From contig OZ024740.1 in the NCBI GenBank assembly GCA_964016885.1, positions 3,720,001-3,784,000 of the forward strand: a stretch of 64,000 nucleotides of DNA, in the 5' to 3' direction. Made by a program: the position numbers and the translations under genes. The notes beneath the pieces are model-generated. The model searched no databases. It worked only from the letters and a program-made list of their open reading frames with translations, and was not told where the DNA came from. This stretch comes from Eledone cirrhosa. Its lineage: Eukaryota. Of the stretch, positions 53,101 through 64,000 are shown one piece after another. Positions within the stretch are counted from its first letter, which is position 1. Each line of letters starts with the position of its first letter.

Positions 53101-56100
53101 TATTTGGGGTTTAACACTGCTAGAATTAATATATTTGGGGATTAACACTGCTAGAATTAATATATTTGGGGTTTAACACTGCTAGAATTAATATATTTGG
53201 GGTTTAACATGCTACAATAAATTATATTTGGGGTTTAACATTGCTAGAATTAATATATTTGGGGTTAAACACTGCTAGAATTAATATATTTGGGGATTAA
53301 CACTGCTAGAATTAATATATTTGGTGATTAACACTGCTAGAATTAATATGTAAGGGGTTTAACACTACTAGAATTAATATATTTGCGGATTAACACTGCT
53401 AGAATTAATATATTTTTGGGTTTAACACTGCTAGAATTAATATATTTGAGGATTAACACTCCTAGAATTAATATATTTTGGGATTAACACTGCTAGAATT
53501 AATATATTTGGGGTTTAACACTGCTAGAATTAATATATTTGGGGATTAACACTGTTACAATTAATATATCTGGCGTTTAACGGTGCTAGAATTAATATAT
53601 TTGGGGATTAACATTGCTAGAATTAATATATTTGGGGATTAACACTGCTAGAATTAATATATTTGGGGATTAACACTGCTAGAATCAATATATTTGGCGT
53701 TTAACGCTGCTAGAATTAATATATTTGGGGATTAACATTGCTAGAATTAATATATTTGGGGATTAACACTGCTAGAATTAATATATTTGGGGATTAACAC
53801 TGCCATAACAAAAATATTTAGGGTTTAACACTGTTAGAATTAATATATTTGGCGATTAACACTGCTAGAATTAATACATTTGGGGATTAACACTGTTAGA
53901 ATTAATATATTTTGGGATTAACACTTCTAGAATTAATATATTTGGGGATTAACACTGCTAGAATTAATATATTTGGGGTTGAACACTGCTAGAATTAATA
54001 CATTTGGGGATTAACACTGCTAGAATTAATATATTTAGGGATTAACACAGCTATAATTAATATATTTGGAGTTTAACTCTGCTAGAATTAATATATTTGG
54101 GGTTTATCACTGCTAGAATTAATATATTTGGGGTTTAACACTGCTAGAATTAATATATTTGGGGTTTAACACTGCTACAATTAATATATTTTGGGATTAA
54201 CACTGCTAGAATTAATATATTTGGGGATTAATACTGCTAGAAATAATATATTTGGGGATTAACGCTGCTAGAGTTAATATATTTGGGGTTTAACACTGCT
54301 AGAATTAATATATTTGGGGTTTAACACTGCTAGAATTAATATATTTGGGGTTTAACACTGCTGGAATTAATATATTTGGGGATTAACACTGCTAGAATTA
54401 ATATAATTGGGGGTTAACACTGCTAGTATTAATATATTTGGGGTTTAACACTGCTAGAATTAATATATTTGGGGTTTAACACTGCTAGAATTAATATATT
54501 TGGGGATTAACACTGTTAGAATTAATATATTTAGTGTTTAACACTGCTAGAATTAATATATGTGGGGATTAACACTGCCATAATAAAAATATTTAGGGTT
54601 TAACACTGCTAGAATTAATATATTTGGGGATTAACACTGTTAGAATTAATATATTTGGGGATTAACACTGCTAGAATTAATATATTTGGCGTTTAACTCT
54701 GCTAGAATTAATATATTTGGGGATTAACACTGACAGAATTAATATATTTGGGGATTAACACTGCTCGAATTAATATATTTGGGGATTAACACTGTTGGAA
54801 TTAATATATTTGGAGATTAACACTGCTAGAATTAATATATTTGGAGATTAACATTGCTAGAATTAACATATTTGGGGATTAACACTGCTAGAATTAATAT
54901 ATTTGGGGATTAACACTGCCATAATAAAAATATTTAGGGTTTAACACTGCTAGAATTAATATATTTGGCGATTAACCCTGCTAGAATTAATACATTTGGG
55001 GATTAACACTGTTAGAATTAATATATTTTGGGATTAACACTTCTAGAATTAATATATTTGGGGATTAACACTGCTAGAATTAATATATTTGGGGTTGAAC
55101 ACTGCTAGAAGTAATACATTTGGGGATTAACACTGCTAGAATTAATATATTTAGGGATTAACACATCTAGAATTAATATATTTGGAGTTTAACTCTGCTA
55201 GAATTAATATATTTGGGGTTTAACACTGCTAGAATTAATATATTTGGTGTTTAACACTGCTAGAATTAATATATTTGGGGTTTAACACTGCTAGAATTAA
55301 TATATTTGGGGATTAACACTGCTAGAATTAATATATTTGGGGTTTAACACTGCTAGAATTAATATATTTGGGGTTTAACATGCTACAATAAATTATATTT
55401 GGGGTTTAACATTGCTAGAATTAATATATTTGGGGTTAAACACTGCTAGAATTAATATATTTGGGGATTAACACTGCTAGAATTAATATATTTGGTGATT
55501 AACACTGCTAGAATTAATATGTAAGGGGTTTAACACTACTAGAATTAATATATTTGCGGATTAACACTGCTAGAATTAATATATTTTTGGGTTTAACACT
55601 GCTAGAATTAATATATTTGAGGATTAACACTCCTAGAATTAATATATTTTGGGATTAACACTGCTAGAATTAATATATTTGGGGTTTAACACTGCTAGAA
55701 TTAATATATTTGGGGATTAACACTGTTACAATTAATATATTTGGTGATTAACACTGCTGGAATTAATATATTTTGGGATTAACACTGTTAGAATTAATAT
55801 ATTTGGGGATTAACACTGTTAGAATTAATATATTTGGGGATTAACACTGCTCGAATTAATATATTTGAGGATTAACACTGCTAGAATTAATATATTTGGG
55901 GATTAACACTGCTAGAATTAATATATTTGGGGTTTAACACTGCTAGAATTAATATATTTTGGGATTAACACTGCTAGAATTAATATATTTGGGGATTAAC
56001 ACTGCCAGAATTAATATATTTGGGGATTAACACTGCTAGAATTAATATATTTGGGGATTAACACTGCTATAATTAATATATTTGGGGTTGAACACTGCTA

Positions 56101-59100
56101 GAATTAATATATTTGGGGATTAACACAGCTAGAATTAATATATTTGGAGTTTAACTCTGCTAGAATTAATATATTTGGGGTTTAACACTGCTAGAATTAA
56201 TATATTTGGGGTTTAACACTGCTAGAATTAATATATTTGGGGTTTAACACTGCTAGAATTAATATATTTGGGGATTAACACTGCTCGAATTAATATATTT
56301 GGGGATTAACACTGCTGGAATTAATATATTTGGAGATTAACACTGCTAGAATTAATATATTTGGGGGTTAACACTGCTAGTATTAATATATTTGGGGTTT
56401 AACACTGCTAGAATTAATATATTTGGGGTTTAACACTGCTAGAATTAATATATTTGGGGATTAACACTGTTAGAATTAATATATTTAGTGTTTAACACTG
56501 CTAGAATTAATATATTTGGGGATTAACACTGCCATAATAAAAATATTTAGGGTTTAACACTGCTAGAATTAATATATTTGAGGATTAACACTCCTAGAAT
56601 TAATATATTTTGGGATTAACACTGCTAGAATTAATATATTTGGGGTTTAACACTGCTAGAATTAATATATTTGGGGATTAACACTGTTAGAATTAATATA
56701 TTTGGGTATTAACACTGCTAGAATTAATATATTTGGCGTTTAACGCTGCTAGAATTAATATATTTGGGGATTAACATTGCTAGAATTAATACAGTTGGGG
56801 ATTAACACTGCTAGAATTAATACATTTGGGGATTAACACTGTTAGAATTAATATATTTTGGGATTAACACTGCTAGAATTAATATATTTGGGGATTAACA
56901 CTGCTAGAATTAATATATTTTGGGTTTAACACTGCTAGAATTAATATATTTGAGGATTAACACTCCTAGAATTAATATATTTTGGGATTAACACTGCTAG
57001 AATTAATATATTTGGGGTTTAACACTGCTAGAATTAATATATTTGGGGATTAACACTGTTAGAATTAATATATTTGGGGATTAACACTGCTAGAATTAAT
57101 ATATTTGGGGTTTAACACTGCTAGAATTAATATATTTGGGGATTAACACTGCTATAATTAAAATATTTAGGGTTTAACACTGCTAGAATAGATATATTTG
57201 GGGTTGAACACTGCTAAAGTTAATATATTTGGGGTTTAACACTGCTAGAATTAACATATTTGGGGATTAATACTGTGTAGAATTAATATATTTGGGGATT
57301 AACACTGCTAGAGTTAATATATTTGGGGTTTAACACTGCTAGAATTAACATATTTGGGGATTAACACTTTTAGAATTAATATATTTGGGGATTAACACTG
57401 CTAGAATTAATATATTTGGGGATTAACACTGCTAGAATTAATATATTTGGGATTTAACACTGCTAGAATTAATATATTTGGGGATTAACACTGCTAGAAT
57501 TAACATATTTGTGGATTAACACTGTTAGAATTAATATATTTGGGGATTAACACTGCTAGAATTAATATATTTGGGGATTAACACTGCTAGAATTAATATA
57601 TTTGGGGTTTAACATTGCTAGAATTAATATATTTGGGGATTAACACTGCTAGAATTAATATATTTGGGGTTTAACACTGCTAGAATTAATATATTAGGGC
57701 ATTAACACTGCTAGAATTAATATATTTAGGGATTAACACTTCTAGAATTAATATATTTGGAGTTTAACACTTCTAGAATTAATATATTTGGGGATTAACA
57801 CTGCTAGAATTAATATATTTGGGGATTAACACTGCTAGAATTAATATATTTCGGGATTAACACTACTAGAATTAATATATTTGGGGATAACACTGCTAGA
57901 TTTAATATATTTCGGCATTAACACTGCTAGAATTAATATATTTGGGGATCAACACTGCTAGAATTAATATATCTGGGGACTAACACTGCTAGAATTAATA
58001 TATTTAGGGTTTATCACTGCTAGAATTAATATATTTGAGGATTAACACAGCTAGAATTAATATATTTGGGGTTAACACTGCTAGAATTAATATATTTGGG
58101 GATTAACACTGCTAGAATTAATATATTTGGGGATTAACACTGCTAGAATTAATATATTTGGGGATTAACACTGCCGGAATTAATATATTTGGGGATTAAC
58201 ACTGCTATAATTAACATATTTGGGGATTAACACTGCTAGAATTAATATATTTGGGAATTAACACTGCTAGTTTTAATATATTTAGGGTTTAACACTGCTA
58301 GAATTAATATATTTGGGGATTAACACTGCTAGAATTAATGTATTTGGGGTTTAACACTGCTATAATTAAAATATTTAGGGTTTAACACTGCTAGAATTCA
58401 TATATTTGGGGTTTAACACTGCTAGAATTCATATATTTGGGGATTAACACAGTTAGAATTCATATATTTGGAGTTTCACTCGGCTAGAATTAATATATTT
58501 GGGGTTTAACACTGCTAGAATTAATATATTTGGGGTTTAACACTGCTAGAATTAATATATTTGGTGTTTAACACTGCTACAATTAATATATTTGGGGATT
58601 AACACAGTTAGAATTCATATATTTGGAGTTTAACTCTGCTAGAATTAATATATTTGGGGTTTAACACTGCTAGAATTAATATATTTGGGGTTTAACACTG
58701 CTAGAATTAATATATTTGGGGTTTAACACTGCTACTATTAATATAGTTGGGTTTTAACATTGCTAGAATTAATATGTTTGGGGATTAACACTGCTAGAAT
58801 TAATATATTTAGGAATTAACACTGCTAGAATTAATATATTTGCGGTTTAACACTTCTAGAATTAATATATTTGGGGATTAACACTGCTAGAATTAATATA
58901 TTTGGGGATTAACACTGCTAGAATTAATATATTTGGCGTTTAACGCTGCTAGAATTAATATATTTGGGGATTAACGTTGCTAGAATTAATATATTTGGGG
59001 ATTAACTCTGCTAGAATTAATATATTTGGGGATTAACACTGCCATAATAAAAATATTTAGGGTTTAACACTGCTAGAATTAATATATTTGGGGATTAACA

Positions 59101-62100
59101 CTACTAGAAATAATACATTTGGTGATTAACACTGTTAGAATTAATATATTTTGGGATTAACACTGCTAGAATTAATATATTTGGGGATTAACACTGCTAG
59201 AATTAATATATTTTGGGTTTAACACTGCTAGATTTAATATATTTGAGGATTAACACTGCTAGAATTAATATATTTTGGGATTAACACTGCTAGAATTAAT
59301 ATATTTGGGGTTTAACACTGCTAGAATTAATATATTTTGGGTTTAACACTGCTAGAATTGATATATTTTGGCTTTAACACTGCTAGAATTAACATATTTA
59401 GGGTTTAACACTGCTAGAATTAATATATTTGGGGATTAATACTGCTAGAATTAATATATTTGGGGATTAACACTGCTAGAATTAATATATTTGGGATTTA
59501 GCATTGCTAGAATTAATATATTTGGGGATTAACACTGCTAGAATTAACATATTAGGGGATTAACACTGCTAGAATTAATATATTTGGGGATTAACACTGC
59601 TAGAATTAACATATTTGGTGTGTAACACTCCTAGAATTATTATATTTGGGGATTAACACTGCTAGAATTAATATATTTTGGGTTTAAGATTGCTAGAATT
59701 AATATATTTGGGGTTTAACACTGCTAGAATTAATATATTTGGGGTTTAACACTCCTAGAATTAATATATTTGGGGTTTAACACTGCTAGAATTAATATAT
59801 TTGGGGATTAACACTGCTAGAATTAATATATTTGGGGATTAACACTGCTAGTATTAATATATTTGGGGTTTAACACTGCTAGAATTAATATATTTGGGGT
59901 TTAACACTGCTAGAATTAATATATTTGGGGATTAACACTGTTAGAATTAATATATTTAGTGTTTAACACTGCTAGAATTAATATATTTGGGGATTAACAC
60001 TGCCATAATAAAAATATTTAGGGTTTAACACTGCTAGAATTAATATATTTGGGGATTAACACTGCTAGAATTAATATATTTGGTGATTAACACTGCTAGA
60101 ATTAATATATTTGGCGTTTAACGCTGCTAGAATTAATATATTTGGGGATTAACACTGATAGTATTAATATATTTGGGGATTAACACTGATAGAATTAATA
60201 TATTTGGGGATTAACACTGCTGGAATTAATATATTTGGAGATTAACACTGCTAGAATTAATATATTTGGGGATTAACATTGCTAGAATTAATATATTTGG
60301 GGATTAACACTGCTAGAATTAATATATTTGGGGATTAACACTGCCATAATAAAAATATTTAGGGTTAACACTGCTAGAATTAATATATTTGGGGATTAAC
60401 ACTGCTAGAATTAATATATTTGGGGATTAACACTGCTAGAATTAATATATCTGGCGTTTAACGGTGCTAGAATTAATATATTTGGGGATTAACATTGCTA
60501 GAATTAATATATTTGGGGATTAACACTGCTAGAATTAATATATTTGGGGATTAACACTGCTAGAATCAATATATTTGGCGTTCAACGCTGCTAGAATTAA
60601 TATATTTGGGGATTAACATTGCTAGAATTAATATATTTGGGGATTAACACTGCTAGAATTAATATATTTGGGGATTAACACTGCCATAATAAAAATATTT
60701 AGGGTTTAACACTGCTAGAATTAATATATTTGGGGATTAACACTGTTAGAATTAATATATTTAGTGTTTAACACTGCTAGAATTAATATATTTGGGGATT
60801 AATACTGCTAGAATTAATATATTTGGGGATTAACGCTGCTAGAGTTAATATATTTGGGGTTTAACACTGCTAGAATTAATATATTTGGGGTTTAACACTG
60901 CTAGAATTAATATATTTGGGGTTTAACACTGCTGGAATTAATATATTTGGGGATTAACACTGCTAGAATTAATATATTTGGGGGTTAACACTGCTAGTAT
61001 TAATATATTTGGGGTTTAACACTGCTAGAATTAATATATTTGGGGTTTAACACTGCTAGAATTAATATATTTGGGGATTAACACTGTTAGAATTAATATA
61101 TTTAGTGTTTAACACTGCTAGAATTAATATATGTGGGGATTAACAATGCCATAATAAAAATATTTAGGGTTTAACACTGCTAGAATTAATATATTTGGGG
61201 ATTAACACTGTTAGAATTAATATATTTGGGGATTAACACTGCTAGAATTAATATATTTGGCGTTTAACTCTGCTAGAATTAATATATTTGGGGATTAACA
61301 CTGACAGAATTAATATATTTGGGGATTAACACTGCTCGAATTAATATATTTGGGGATTAACACTGTTGGAATTAATATATTTGGAGATTAACACTGCTAG
61401 AATTAATATATTTGGAGATTAACATTGCTAGAATTAACATATTTGGGGATTAACACTGCTAGAATTAATATATTTGGGGATTAACACTGCCATAATAAAA
61501 ATATTTAGGGTTTAACACTGCTAGAATTAATATATTTGGCGATTAACACTGCTAGAATTAATACATTTGGGGATTAACACTGTTAGAATTAATATATTTT
61601 GGGATTAACACTTCTAGAATTAATATATTTGGGGATTAACACTGCTAGAATTAATATATTTGGGGTTGAACACTGCTAGAAGTAATACATTTGGGGATTA
61701 ACACTGCTAGAATTAATATATTTAGGGATTAACACATCTAGAATTAATATATTTGGAGTTTAACTCTGCTAGAATTAATATATTTGGGGTTTAACACTGC
61801 TAGAATTAATATATTTGGTGTTTAACACTGCTAGAATTAATATATTTGGGGTTTAACACTGCTAGAATTAATATATTTGGGGATTAACACTGCTAGAATT
61901 AATATATTTGGGGTTTAACACTGCTAGAATTAATATATTTGCGGTTTAACATGCTACAATAAATTATATTTGGGGTTTAACATTGCTAGAATTAATATAT
62001 TTGGGGTTAAACACTGCTAGAAGTAATATATTTGGGGATTAACACTGCTAGAAGTAATATATTTGGTGATTAACACTGCTAGAATTAATATGTAAGGGGT

Positions 62101-64000
62101 TTAACACTACTAGAATTAATATATTTGCGGATTAACACTGCTAGAATTAATATATTTTTGGGTTTAACACTGCTAGAATTAATATATTTGAGGATTAACA
62201 CTCCTAGAATTAATATATTTTGGGATTAACACTGCTAGAATTAATATATTTGGGGTTTAACACTGCTAGAATTAATATATTTGGGGATTAACACTGTTAC
62301 AATTAATATATTTGGTGATTAACACTGCTGGAATTAATATATTTTGGGATTAACACTGTTAGAATTAATATATTTGGGGATTAACACTGTTAGAATTAAT
62401 ATATTTGGGGATTAACACTGCTCGAATTAATATATTTGAGGATTAACACTGCTAGAATTAATATATTTGGGGATTAACACTGCTAGAATTAATATATTTG
62501 GGGTTTAACACTGCTAGAATTAATATATTTTGGGATTAACACTGCTAGAATTAATATATTTGGGGATTAACACTGCCAGAATTAATATATTTGGGGATTA
62601 ACACTGCTAGAATTAATATATTTGGGGATTAACACTGCTATAATTAATATATTTGGGGTTGAACACTGCTAGAAGTAATACATTTCGGGATTAACACTGC
62701 TAGAATTAATATATTTAGGGATTAACACAGCTAGAATTAATATATTTGGAGTTTAACTCTGCTAGAATTAATATATTTGGGGTTTAACACTGCTAGAATT
62801 AATATATTTGGGGTTTAACACTGCTAGAATTAATATATTTGGGGTTTAACACTGCTAGAATTAATATATTTGGGGATTAACACTGCTCGAATTAATATAT
62901 TTGGGGATTAACACTGCTGGAATTAATATATTTGGAGATTAACACTGCTAGAATTAATATATTTGGGGGTTAACACTGCTAGTATTAATATATTTGGGGT
63001 TTAACACTGCTAGAATTAATATATTTGGGGTTTAACACTGCTAGAATTAATATATTTGGGGATTAACACTGTTAGAATTAATATATTTAGTGTTTAACAC
63101 TGCTAGAATTAATATATTTGGGGATTAACACTGCCATAATAAAAATATTTAGGGTTTAACACTGCTAGAATTAATATATTTGAGGATTAACACTCCTAGA
63201 ATTAATATATTTTGGGATTAACACTGCTAGAATTAATATATTTGGGGTTTAACACTGCTAGAATTAATATATTTGGGGATTAACACTGTTAGAATTAATA
63301 TATTTGGGTATTAACACTGCTAGAATTAATATATTTGGCGTTTAACGCTGCTAGAATTAATATATTTGGGGATTAACATTGCTAGAATTAATACAGTTGG
63401 GGATTACCACTGCCATAATAAAAATATTTAGGGTTTAACACTGCTAGAATTAATATATTTGGGGATTAACACTGCTAGAATTAATACATTTGGGGATTAA
63501 CACTGTTAGAATTAATATATTTTGGGATTAACACTGCTAGAATTAATATATTTGGGGATTAACACTGCTAGAATTAATATATTTTGGGTTTAACACTGCT
63601 AGAATTAATATATTTGAGGATTAACACTCCTAGAATTAATATATTTTGGGATTAACACTGCTAGAATTAATATATTTGGGGTTTAACACTGCTAGAATTA
63701 ATATATTTGGGGATTAACACTGTTAGAATTAATATATTTGGGGATTAACACTGCTAGAATTAATATATTTGGGGTTTAACACTGCTAGAATTAATATATT
63801 TGGGGATTAACACTGCTATAATTAAAATATTTAGGGTTTAACACTGCTAGAATAGATATATTTGGGGTTGAACACTGCTAAAGTTAATATATTTGGGGTT
63901 TAACACTGCTAGAATTAACATATTTGGGGATTAATACTGTGTAGAATTAATATATTTGGGGATTAACACTGCTAGAGTTAATATATTTGGGGTTTAACAC
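26137..64000. repeat. 31-bp AT-rich satellite, consensus TTAACACTGCTAGAATTAATATATTTGGGG(A/T), about 1220 units, runs off the window
   Basis: Direct 31-bp periodicity; no non-repeat insertion seen. Confidence 0.99.

Noticed and set aside
26137-64000. CRISPR array (31-bp repeat)
   Set aside because: Units are head-to-tail with no spacers, no cas genes, and the context is eukaryotic.

Overview
Eukaryotic, repeat-dominated window. The SINE and RTE-LINE types suggest a cephalopod/octopus genome (inference, no search run). About 87% is tandem satellite: a 14-bp array (GATTTGTAGTCTAG; ~5.18-18.04 kb and ~18.67-23.63 kb) and a 31-bp array (TTAACACTGCTAGAATTAATATATTTGGGGA; ~26.14 kb to the window end), both with nested kb-scale higher-order duplications. 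The first 5 kb holds a 5'-truncated RTE-type LINE with a PHD-like finger, a second LINE-type 3' end, a tRNA/CORE-like SINE and several fold-back (MITE-like) elements. The short unique islands contain minus-strand segments with canonical splice sites. Three of them join in phase into a candidate 57-aa single-pass membrane micropeptide that the ORF track misses. Its terminal exon is tandemly duplicated with the satellite, and older paralogous fragments lie at ~1.7 kb and ~5.1 kb. The gene model was built by eye and needs RNA evidence. No CRISPR, rRNA or intact tRNA was found.
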